Source of the DNA: Saprospiraceae bacterium
GTDB taxonomy: Bacteria > Bacteroidota > Bacteroidia > Chitinophagales > Saprospiraceae
DNA: 64,000 nt
Direction: 5' to 3'
Assembly: GCA_026986005.1 (NCBI GenBank)
Contig: JALSPK010000003.1
Coordinates: 300 to 64,299 of the forward strand
Below are positions 28,211 through 37,139 of this stretch, in pieces. The notes below the pieces were generated by a model. The model made no database searches and was not told the origin of the DNA. It saw nothing but the letters and a program-made list of their open reading frames with translations. Position numbers and translations under genes: made by a program. Position 1 is the stretch's first letter, and each line of letters begins with the position of its first letter.

Positions 28211-29230
28211 TTAGTATATCGGGCATATTTTAAATTCGCTAAGCGGTTTTACTTTTTTAATTTTATATATAAAATGCAATTCCGGCCCCCCTCTATAGTT
28301 AGTAATCTCCGAAAGTACAGGTTTAGTAGCAATATCATAGTTCATACTTAAGTAAAACTCATTGTATTCAACCGCAATTTTGGGAGCCCAACCTTCTCCA
28401 AATCTACCTAACAATCCAAGATGCAAAGCTAATTGCTTCCCTCTTCTCTTGTTAATATAGATCTTCGCAATACCACCAATCACACTTTCTTTATAGACAT
28501 CTTGTTGTTGATACAAAAAATTAGCTTGAAAATCTAAATTATCCATTATTTTTATATTGCCAATAGCCATAAATGCAAATCTCATATCCAATTGGTCAGT
28601 TCCATATTTTATAAAATTTTGGGACGGAGTACTTATGTGAAATACAGAACCTCCTAAAACAAGACTAGTTCTTTCTGTATGTTGATACTTATAATTTAAA
28701 CCTAATCCTGTCTCTAGATAACTAAAACGATAAGACTCAAATGATTCTCCCGAATTTATAGTAGGATCATATGTACCCCTTCCAGGGTCATATTGTCTAT
28801 TCCATCTCAGATCATTTTCAGAAAAACCTCGGTTTGAAAAACCAATGAGACCTCCTCCTGATAAAAAATTCTTTCTATTAATTACCAATGTATAATTACC
28901 GGCAACATTAAAGTTAAAAACAGTAAACTTTGCATCTCCTTGCTTGTCGTAATTAAAAACAGCGCCGGCAGAAAAGTACCCGAGACTCGGCTTATTGGGT
29001 ATAAATTTCATGTCATAGCTGCCAGAAAATGTAAAATACGGGATTGGAGTAGTTCTGTATTGATCTCTTATACTAAATATTATCCTTTTATCACCGTCCA
29101 TCACACCGGCTAACGAAGGATTAAAATTTAATGGTTCATTATAAAATTGACTATAATGAAAGTCTTGTGAAAACAGTCCTGTCATAGGAATTATTAACAC
29201 AAGTATTATTGGTAAAATTTTTCTTCTCAT
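28211..29230 (-). CDS. PorP/SprF family T9SS membrane protein
   Basis: ATG start chosen at 29230 (MRRKILPIILVLIIPMTGLFSQDFHYSQFYNEPLNFNPSLAG), the canonical PorP/SprF N-terminus. First gene of the PorP - OmpA - type B cargo operon. Confidence 0.85.
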   Translation of the reverse strand: MRRKILPIILVLIIPMTGLFSQDFHYSQFYNEPLNFNPSLAGVMDGDKRIIFSIRDQYRTTPIPYFTFSGSYDMKFIPNKPSLGYFSAGAVFNYDKQGDAKFTVFNFNVAGNYTLVINRKNFLSGGGLIGFSNRGFSENDLRWNRQYDPGRGTYDPTINSGESFESYRFSYLETGLGLNYKYQHTERTSLVLGGSVFHISTPSQNFIKYGTDQLDMRFAFMAIGNIKIMDNLDFQANFLYQQQDVYKESVIGGIAKIYINKRRGKQLALHLGLLGRFGEGWAPKIAVEYNEFYLSMNYDIATKPVLSEITNYRGGPELHFIYKIKKVKPLSEFKICPIY

Positions 29231-29707
29231 AATCACCAAGGTTGATTTTAATAAACATTATTACATAACTATACAAATATCGTACTAATTTTTCAATTTA
29301 AATAATTTGAATACACTAAATAAACATAAAAAACACATAAAATAAAGTGATAATTAATGTAATAAAAATATCTCATATATTCTATACTTATTTAAACGAT
29401 ATATATATATTAACAAATTAAGCAATATATTTTAATAAATATCTAAAAAAAAATAAAAAAAAATCGTAAATTTTTCAGCCTTTCCATATAATATATAAGA
29501 AGTACTATTATTTTTTACATCATCTTATCAATTTATTCTTTAATATATAGCAAGTGATAAACTTTTTTGTATCAAATAACGTTCAGTATTCTTGATGTTA
29601 ATTATTTTAATTGTGCTGCAATAAATGATAAGTTTTTTTTTACTAAATAAATATATTTCAGCATAACTATAATTTCGTTTTTACTTGTAAACTAAAAAAA
29701 TATAACT

Positions 29708-30832
29708 ATGAGAAAAATCAACATTGTACTAATAATGCTTCTTTCAATAACCATACTGAATATTGGTTGCAAAACAAGCTCTAAAAGTGGTTTCAACATA
29801 AGGGGAGTCGTAGAAGGAGCAAGGAACAAACCCGTACTATTTGAAAAGACTAGTTTCAATTCTGTCAATGAAACGATCAAAGAAGTCAAAGCAAATAGTG
29901 GAGAATTTGATATAAATGTCGCTCAACATCCCGGTCCTGGTTTGTACAAAGTAAGAATCGGTAGAAATTCCGTTTTATTAATGCTTGATGGTAAGGAGAA
30001 TAACATTGATATAAAGGGTAAATTCACCAAATTTAATAATAGTTACGTTGATATTACCGGCTCAAAACTCACCGAGAAATATGATGGCATTTTGAAAGAC
30101 TTGAAAGACAGAAAAATCAATATAATGAGTGTCAAAGAAGTATCGAAAAAATCCAACCCATTATTAGGATCGATTCTTCTTTTTTCAACCTTCGGCGCAA
30201 AATCTAATTATGCATTTTTGCATGAGACAATGCTAAAAAAGATGAAAACTGAATATCCTGATAATTATTTAACTAAAGAATATGAAGGAATAGTTGAAAA
30301 TTTATTAAAACAATATCAAAGAGAACAAGCAAGAGCTAAAATAAAAGTAGGAGAACCCGCACCTGAAATAATTATGCCAGGCGTTGATGGCAAGACTAGA
30401 AAATTATCAGATTTGAAAGGCAAAATAGTTCTTATTGATTTTTGGGCAAGTTGGTGTGGCCCTTGTGTAAGATCTTTTCCTGAATTGACCAAAATTTATA
30501 ACAAATATAAGAACAAAGGATTTACTGTATTTAGTGTCTCATTGGATGGAATTGACCAAAGAACAGCTAAGCAGAGGTACAAGACTCCTGAGGCTCTCAA
30601 AAAGGCTATAGAAAATTCAAAATCAAGATGGATTAATGCAATTAAGAAACACAATTTAACTTGGGACAATCACGTGAGTGACTTAGATAAATGGGATTGC
30701 AAAGCAGCAGCATTATATGGTGTTAGAAGTATTCCAAGGACTTTTTTAGTGGATAAAAATGGAGTAATAGCAGCTGTTAATCCAAGATTTAACCTTGAGG
30801 AAGCTATTCAAAAAGTACTTGATAAAGAATAG
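29708..30832 (+). CDS. TlpA/AhpC-TSA-family thiol:disulfide oxidoreductase lipoprotein with an N-terminal extra domain
   Basis: 374 aa. Lipobox-like ITILNIGC, active site FWASWCGPCVRSFPE, and an N-terminal ~200 aa domain of the kind fused to such proteins in Bacteroidota. Confidence 0.85.
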   Translation: MRKINIVLIMLLSITILNIGCKTSSKSGFNIRGVVEGARNKPVLFEKTSFNSVNETIKEVKANSGEFDINVAQHPGPGLYKVRIGRNSVLLMLDGKENNIDIKGKFTKFNNSYVDITGSKLTEKYDGILKDLKDRKINIMSVKEVSKKSNPLLGSILLFSTFGAKSNYAFLHETMLKKMKTEYPDNYLTKEYEGIVENLLKQYQREQARAKIKVGEPAPEIIMPGVDGKTRKLSDLKGKIVLIDFWASWCGPCVRSFPELTKIYNKYKNKGFTVFSVSLDGIDQRTAKQRYKTPEALKKAIENSKSRWINAIKKHNLTWDNHVSDLDKWDCKAAALYGVRSIPRTFLVDKNGVIAAVNPRFNLEEAIQKVLDKE

Positions 30833-30855
30833 CTTTTGTAATTAACTATTAATTT

Positions 30856-30887
30856 GGCTTGAGTTATAGTGCTCAAGCCTTTTTTTA
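30856..30887 (+). terminator. Rho-independent terminator
   Basis: ggcttgag-ttatagtg-ctcaagcc followed by ttttttt. Confidence 0.75.
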
Positions 30888-30901
30888 TTTAACACTTTAT
30901 T

Positions 30902-32137
30902 ATGATTGCGAAGATAAATCATCATTCTTGGAGTAAAATTTCATTATTTTTTTTAATGATTACATCCATGCTAGGATTAATAATCAGAACCCTTCCTTTT
31001 CAAAATTTAATCGACAATTCATATTTTTACGGACTTCTCCAATCTCACTCACATACCGGATTTCTAGGTTGGGTTTTTATAGCTGTATACATTTTAATAT
31101 TAAAAAAATACAGTAGTCCGGATATCTTTAATATTAGGAAAACAAAGTATATTTTACTATTACTATGCTTTTTCATTGGAGGAATGACTATTAGTTTTCC
31201 CTTTTTTGGATACAATTTCATATCTATTTCTTTCTTATCTCTATTTCTTATTTTTTCTTACTATTCACTATATTATATGGTAAAATCAATAAAAACCGAT
31301 TTAAAACAAACAATTAGCTATAGATATATTAAAGCTGCATTTATTTTATACTTGCTTTCCAGTATTTCACCTTGGGCACTTGGTCCAATCATGGCATTAG
31401 GATATAAGAAAACCGCCTTATATTATAATGATATATTCTTTTATTTACATTTTTTATATAATGGTTTTATAGTATTATCGCTAATCGGACTACTTTTTTT
31501 GGATAGTGAAACAGAAAATAAATCTAATAAAATAAATGACAATTTAAAGAATGCATTTAAATATATATTAATAGGAACAATCCTTAATTATTCAGAATCT
31601 GTCCTATGGACAAAGCCACATATTAGCATTAATTACATAGCATTTATCAGCTCTATATTACTTATAGTAGGATTATATTATTTGTGGAGAGCATACAAAA
31701 GTATTAATAAAAAAAATCACAATTATGCTTTTTTACTCAGGTTTGGTTTATTTATGTTTTTATTAAAATCTATACTTCAGCTGTTCCAATCGATTCCTGT
31801 TTTTGCATCAATAAGTTATGATCTTAAATCTTATTTTATAATAGGCTACATACATCTAGTGACATTAGGATTTATAACACCTATGTTATTATCACTATAT
31901 ATAAACAATAAGTTATTTAGCACTTCATTATATCTAAAGTTGGGCATTTACACTTATTTAATAGGTTTTATTCTAACAGAATTTGTTCTATTTGGTCAAG
32001 GAATTCTATTGTGGTTTGGCAATACATATTTTATGAGAAATTTCAATTTATATATGTTGTTTTCTAGTGCTTTCCTATTTATAGGATTAAGCCTTATATA
32101 TATATCATCATATAAAAAAATAGACCTACCGGCGTAG
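30902..32137 (+). CDS. Polytopic membrane protein with conserved His motifs (family uncertain, NnrS-like?)
   Basis: 411 aa, about 12 hydrophobic helices. His-containing motifs QSHSHTGFLGW, YLHFLYNGF and GYIHLVTLGF. Confidence 0.7.
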   Translation: MIAKINHHSWSKISLFFLMITSMLGLIIRTLPFQNLIDNSYFYGLLQSHSHTGFLGWVFIAVYILILKKYSSPDIFNIRKTKYILLLLCFFIGGMTISFPFFGYNFISISFLSLFLIFSYYSLYYMVKSIKTDLKQTISYRYIKAAFILYLLSSISPWALGPIMALGYKKTALYYNDIFFYLHFLYNGFIVLSLIGLLFLDSETENKSNKINDNLKNAFKYILIGTILNYSESVLWTKPHISINYIAFISSILLIVGLYYLWRAYKSINKKNHNYAFLLRFGLFMFLLKSILQLFQSIPVFASISYDLKSYFIIGYIHLVTLGFITPMLLSLYINNKLFSTSLYLKLGIYTYLIGFILTEFVLFGQGILLWFGNTYFMRNFNLYMLFSSAFLFIGLSLIYISSYKKIDLPA

Positions 32138-32142
32138 GTCTA
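32114..32142 (-). terminator. Hairpin with a T-run on the minus strand; likely the ftsK terminator, overlapping the 3' end of the convergent gene
   Basis: tagacctac-cggc-gtaggtcta is a 9-bp stem. On the minus strand it is followed by TTTTTTT (32120-32114); on the plus strand no T-run follows. Confidence 0.55.
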
Positions 32143-32222
32143 TTCTAAAACAAAGGTCTCTAAGAAAACTAAAATTTCTGCAAAGACCCGAAAATCGGTT
32201 ATTGGGACTTCGCAAAATATAT

Positions 32223-34694
32223 TTATTTATTTTTTAATCTATTTATCATCTCAATCAATTCAGTTTCACTATAAACCAGTACTTCACGTGGTTTTGATCC
32301 GTTAGCACCACCTACTATACCAAGTGTCTCCATTTGATCCATTATTCGACCTGCTCTATTGTAGCCTATTTGCATTTTTCTTTGCAATAATGAAGTCGAA
32401 CCATATTGTTCTGTTACTACCATAGTGGCAGCTTCAATAAACAAATCGTCAAGATCCGAATAGCTTAGAGAAGAGTCAGACTTGTCATCTTCAGTTTTGT
32501 ATTCAGGCAAGTAAAATGGTTCAGGATATCCTTGTTGTTTATCTATATGGTCCACTACTCTTTCTATCTCATCCGTGTCAACAAATGCTCCCTGCAATCT
32601 CACAACGCTGGCACCACCCAAAGATAATAACATATCTCCTCTACCTACCAATTGATCAGCACCTCCTCCATCTAAAATTGTTCTTGAGTCCACTTTTGAT
32701 GTAACTTTAAATGCAATTCTCGCGGGAAAATTGGCTTTAATGACACCTGTAATAATATTTACTGATGGTCTTTGAGTAGCTAAAACCAAATGTATTCCCA
32801 CAGCTCTCGAAAGCTGTGCCAATCTTGCAATTGGCAATTCTACTTCTTTACCTGCAGTCATAATCAAATCAGCAAATTCATCAACAACAAGTACTATATA
32901 TGGTAAAAACCTATGACCTTTCTTTGGATTTAGCTTCCTACTTCTGAATTTTTTATTGTATTCTTTTAGATTTCTTGATTTGGCAGCTTTTAGTAAGTTA
33001 TACCTATCTTCCATCTCGATTATCAATGAATTCAAAGTATATACGACCTTATCAGTATCTGTAACAATTGCCTCTTCTTCATCAGGTAAAAATCCTAAAA
33101 AGTGCTTATCCATGCCATTATAAGGGAATAACTCTACCTTTTTTGGATCTATTAAAATGAATTTTACTTCAGAAGGATGTTTTTTGTATAATAAAGATAC
33201 AATTATAGAATTTATACCAACTGATTTTCCCTGTCCTGTAGCTCCTGCAACAAGTAAGTGAGGCATTTTTGCTAAATCAGCAATAAATACATCATTTGAT
33301 ATCGTTTTACCCAATGCAATGGGTAAATCCATTGTGGTTTCCTTAAATTTTTGTGATTTAATTATATCTTTCAACCCAACTGTCTGTTTATGCTTATTGG
33401 GGACTTCAATACCAATAGTCCCTTTTCCCGGGATAGGCGCGATTATTCTAATTCCCAAAGCAGATAAGCTCAAAGCTATATCATCCTCAAGATTTTTAAT
33501 CTTACTAATTTTCACTCCTGGGGCAGGTATTATTTCATATAGAGTGACAGTAGGTCCAATAGTCGCTCTTATCTTAATAATTTCAATTTTATAGTTCCTT
33601 AACGTCGTTATAATTTGATCCTTGTTAGCTTCAAGCTCTTCTCTATTTATGGTTATATTGTCAGAATTATAGTCATTTAGTAATTCCAAACCCGGTGCAA
33701 CATAAGAGGACAACTCCTTTCTTGGATCATAAGGTTCTATAAATACTTCTTCATCATTGTCAGTAATAACCTTCAATGTATCAATATCAGCATCAGGAAT
33801 CAATTTATTTTCAGTTATAACTCCTGGCATTCTTACCGTATCTTCTTGAACTTTTTGAGGTTCATTTATTTCAATTTCTAATTCTCCGGAAGTTTCAATT
33901 TTCACTTTTGGAGTATCTGAAATATTAAATTCAATCGACGAATTAGGTGCAAAACTCGAAGTTGCTTTATCTTTAGTTGATTTTTCTCTTTTCCCCTCTG
34001 TTATAGAATCAAAACCTTTATCTTCCTTTGTTGGCGTTGAAGATTTTTTAAATTTCAATCTGTTTTTAAAGAACATCACCGGCATTTTAATATCAAATAT
34101 CCCGGTACTGAAATGCAATGTTTCCAGCTTTGGATTAAGTAGCCAAATAACAAAAGTAATTATAGCAAAAATCAACAATAATAATAGGCCTATATCACCT
34201 ATAAAATTACTTAACCAAATATTTGTTGCCTCACCAAAAACTCCTCCCCAACTGAAGGAAGAATCTTTAAAAACAAATTCCAGTACAATTGAAACAAATG
34301 CTATACCGTAAAGAGCATAGATTAAAAAATTGAAAAATTTTCTCATGCTACCCTTAAACAGGATTGTAAAACCTAATTTGAAAAATATTATAACAAAAAA
34401 TATTGACGCAACCCCGAAACCCCAATAGAAAAATGCATTTGCAACCAATGCTCCTAATCGACCTAACCAATTGCTTACAACAATATCCCCGTTAAATAAT
34501 ATACTTGTACTAAATTCCAAAACTTGATCCTGATCAGTTTGCCATGTAAAAAAATAGGAAGTAAATGCAATTGTCAAATATATACTTACCAAAACGATTG
34601 ATATCCCTCCAATCTTTCTGATCCTCTCATCGGAAAAGCTGAACCCTTTTTTCTTTTTTCTGCTTCTCCTTTTTCTTTTGTTTTCTAAACCCAT
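32223..34694 (-). CDS. ftsK: DNA translocase FtsK/SpoIIIE
   Basis: 823 aa. N-terminal TM domain, Walker A VAGATGQGKSV, and a C-terminal winged-helix gamma domain (LLQRKMQIGYNRAGRIMDQME). Confidence 0.95.
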   Translation of the reverse strand: MGLENKRKRRSRKKKKGFSFSDERIRKIGGISIVLVSIYLTIAFTSYFFTWQTDQDQVLEFSTSILFNGDIVVSNWLGRLGALVANAFFYWGFGVASIFFVIIFFKLGFTILFKGSMRKFFNFLIYALYGIAFVSIVLEFVFKDSSFSWGGVFGEATNIWLSNFIGDIGLLLLLIFAIITFVIWLLNPKLETLHFSTGIFDIKMPVMFFKNRLKFKKSSTPTKEDKGFDSITEGKREKSTKDKATSSFAPNSSIEFNISDTPKVKIETSGELEIEINEPQKVQEDTVRMPGVITENKLIPDADIDTLKVITDNDEEVFIEPYDPRKELSSYVAPGLELLNDYNSDNITINREELEANKDQIITTLRNYKIEIIKIRATIGPTVTLYEIIPAPGVKISKIKNLEDDIALSLSALGIRIIAPIPGKGTIGIEVPNKHKQTVGLKDIIKSQKFKETTMDLPIALGKTISNDVFIADLAKMPHLLVAGATGQGKSVGINSIIVSLLYKKHPSEVKFILIDPKKVELFPYNGMDKHFLGFLPDEEEAIVTDTDKVVYTLNSLIIEMEDRYNLLKAAKSRNLKEYNKKFRSRKLNPKKGHRFLPYIVLVVDEFADLIMTAGKEVELPIARLAQLSRAVGIHLVLATQRPSVNIITGVIKANFPARIAFKVTSKVDSRTILDGGGADQLVGRGDMLLSLGGASVVRLQGAFVDTDEIERVVDHIDKQQGYPEPFYLPEYKTEDDKSDSSLSYSDLDDLFIEAATMVVTEQYGSTSLLQRKMQIGYNRAGRIMDQMETLGIVGGANGSKPREVLVYSETELIEMINRLKNK

Positions 34695-34729
34695 GTCCTT
34701 TGTTTTTTAAAATGCTTAACATTTCGACA

Positions 34730-34737
34730 CAAAGGTA
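34730..34737 (-). promoter_or_regulatory. -7 promoter box TACCTTTG for ftsK
   Basis: The reverse complement of caaaggta, 36 nt upstream of the ATG at 34694. Confidence 0.5.
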
Positions 34738-34946
34738 AATTATATTTTTCATATTGCAAAATGATTTAATATGTTTTTGGTGCTAAATTAACATATTAAA
34801 TATTGAAAATTTATATAATGCTAATTTACAAGTCGTTTATAAATTTAAATAAAATAATAAAAATAAAATAATTTTAGTTGTAAGATAAAAATAGATATTT
34901 TCGCAAACATTTTAAGAGGATTAATAATAAAACTAAGTATTATTAT

Positions 34947-35900
34947 ATGAATAAACTAGCAGTAATTGCACTTGGAGGAAATGCTATTTCAAGAAGTGAT
35001 CAAGAGGGAACAATAGAACAACAAGAGGAAAATATCAAAGAAACTTTACTAAATATTGTGTATTTGATTAAACAGGGCTATAATATTGTCATTACGCATG
35101 GAAATGGCCCTCAAGTTGGCAATATAATTATGAGAAATGATGCAGGTGAGCAGCTTTACGATATTACACAAATGCCTTTAGATATTTGTGTAGCTGACTC
35201 GCAGGGAGGCATTGGGTATTTGATTGAAAGAGTGCTAAGAAATCTTTTGCGTAAAGAGAATCTTCATAGAGATATTCTTACGCTTGTAACGCAAGTAGTG
35301 GTCGATAAAAATGATCCGGCATTTCTAAATCCGAAAAAAAGAATTGGTAAATACTACACAAAAGCAGAAGCTGAAGTATTAGAAAAAGAAAAAAATTGGG
35401 AATTAAGAAAAACGCCAAAAAAAGAAGGTATGTTTCGCAGAGTTGTTCCCTCTCCTACTCCTATATCTATTTTCAACAGAGAGACCATTTCAAAAATTGC
35501 TAGAAACGGTACTATTGTCATTGCTGTAGGAGGTGGAGGTATTCCTGTTTATATAGATGATAATGGAAATTTAATCGGCATAGAAGCCGTTATAGATAAA
35601 GATATGGCATCCTCCGTTTTGGCTCAAAGAATAAAAGCTGATGAACTATATATATTGACAGATGTTCCTTATATATATCTTGATTTCAATAAACCTACAC
35701 AGCGCATTGTAGAATATTTGGATTCAGCAGATGCAAATAAATATTTGAAAGAAGGGCAATTTGGAGAAGGCAGTATGGCGCCAAAGATAAAGGCAGCTGT
35801 AAGTTTTGTTGAAAAAGGAGGACAAAAAAGTATTATTACTGAAGCGACAAAATTAGAAGACAAAAGTTTTGGAAGCAAAATAACTTTAAATTATGACTAA
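34947..35900 (+). CDS. arcC: Carbamate kinase
   Basis: 317 aa. IALGGNAI and THGNGPQVG motifs of the amino-acid kinase / carbamate kinase family. Confidence 0.9.
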   Translation: MNKLAVIALGGNAISRSDQEGTIEQQEENIKETLLNIVYLIKQGYNIVITHGNGPQVGNIIMRNDAGEQLYDITQMPLDICVADSQGGIGYLIERVLRNLLRKENLHRDILTLVTQVVVDKNDPAFLNPKKRIGKYYTKAEAEVLEKEKNWELRKTPKKEGMFRRVVPSPTPISIFNRETISKIARNGTIVIAVGGGGIPVYIDDNGNLIGIEAVIDKDMASSVLAQRIKADELYILTDVPYIYLDFNKPTQRIVEYLDSADANKYLKEGQFGEGSMAPKIKAAVSFVEKGGQKSIITEATKLEDKSFGSKITLNYD

Positions 35901-35908
35901 TAATTATA

Positions 35909-35989
35909 TAGTGCCCGTCTATAAAGTGCTTAATTTTTGAAAAAATAAAGATTAGTTTTAAATTTTAATGACTTTATAGACATACACTA
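35909..35989. mobile_element. 81-bp internally deleted, inverted copy of the MITE-like element
   Basis: tagtgcccgtctataaagtgcttaatttttgaaaaaataaagatt is the reverse complement of the right arm of the 164-bp element. ttaatgactttatagacatacacta is the reverse complement of its left arm. The TIRs are retained and the middle is missing. Confidence 0.65.
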
Positions 35990-36021
35990 TTTACTAAAAT
36001 ACATTAAATAAAACAATAGAA

Positions 36022-37059
36022 ATGAATCAAAAAACAAGGAAAAAAATAGCAAAAAACTTAAAAGGCAGGAATTTTTTAAAACTTACTGATTTCTCATCTA
36101 AAGAAATCAAATATCTCCTTTGGTTGTCCGATGTATTGAAAGAGGATAAATATTTTGATGAAGAAAGAAAAAATTTAAAAAGAAAAAATATAGCCTTAAT
36201 TTTTGAAAAAACATCCACAAGGACGAGATGTGCATTTGAAGTTGCTGCGCACGATCAAGGAGCACATGTGACATATTTGGGACCATCCGGAACGCAAATA
36301 GGACATAAAGAGTCTATGGAAGACACCGCAAGAGTATTGGGTAGGATGTATGACGGTATTGAATACAGAGGATTTGGACAAGAAATAGTGGAGACCTTAG
36401 GTAATTATGCAGGTGTACCTGTTTGGAATGGACTCACCAACGAATTTCACCCGACTCAAGTATTGGCAGATGCATTGACAATGAAAGAGCATTCCGGCAA
36501 AAAGTATAAAGAAATAAGCTTTGCTTACCTTGGAGATGCCCGAAACAATATGGGTAACTCATTATTGATTATGGGTGCTAAATTGGGTATGGATGTTAGA
36601 ATCTCAGCACCAAAAAGTCTTTTGCCTGAATCCTCATTAGTAAAAACAGCTCGTGAAATAGCAAAAGAAACAGGGGCTAAAATTCAATTGACTTCAGATG
36701 TCAAAAAAGCGGTAAAAGGATGCGATTTTGTGATAACTGATGTATGGGTCTCAATGGGAGAACCAAAAGAGGTCTGGGAAGAAAGAATTAAGCTATTAAA
36801 ACCGTATCAAATCAATTCTAAAGTAATGGAAATGACAGGCAACGAACATGCATTATTCATGCATTGTCTTCCCGCATTTCACAATAAAAAAACAAAAGTA
36901 GGAGCTGATATCTTTGACAAATTTGGTTTGGATGGTCTTGAAGTGACTGAAGATGTTTTTGAATCTGACGCTTCAATTGTCTTTGACGAAGCAGAGAATA
37001 GGATGCACACTATCAAAGCGGTAATGGTAGCTACTTTAAGTGATAACTTAATATATTAA
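36022..37059 (+). CDS. argF: Ornithine carbamoyltransferase (catabolic context next to carbamate kinase)
   Basis: 345 aa. [23 protein letters not shown] and HCLPAFH motifs. Confidence 0.92.
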   Translation: MNQKTRKKIAKNLKGRNFLKLTDFSSKEIKYLLWLSDVLKEDKYFDEERKNLKRKNIALIFEKTSTRTRCAFEVAAHDQGAHVTYLGPSGTQIGHKESMEDTARVLGRMYDGIEYRGFGQEIVETLGNYAGVPVWNGLTNEFHPTQVLADALTMKEHSGKKYKEISFAYLGDARNNMGNSLLIMGAKLGMDVRISAPKSLLPESSLVKTAREIAKETGAKIQLTSDVKKAVKGCDFVITDVWVSMGEPKEVWEERIKLLKPYQINSKVMEMTGNEHALFMHCLPAFHNKKTKVGADIFDKFGLDGLEVTEDVFESDASIVFDEAENRMHTIKAVMVATLSDNLIY

Positions 37060-37072
37060 TAAAGATTGGAAT

Positions 37073-37108
37073 AGGCGGTATTGTATATTATTATAGTACT
37101 GCCTTTTG
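37073..37108 (+). terminator. Probable rho-independent terminator
   Basis: aggcggta ... tactgcct forms an 8-bp stem with one G.U pair, followed by tttt. Confidence 0.45.
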
Positions 37109-37139
37109 TAAAAAACTATATTTTTAACCTTTAATTGCT

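Noticed and set aside
29240-29707. Long 468-bp intergenic region searched for repeats, small ORFs or RNA structure
   Set aside because: It is uniformly very AT-rich with homopolymer runs and no convincing helices or repeats. This is consistent with a divergent promoter region only.
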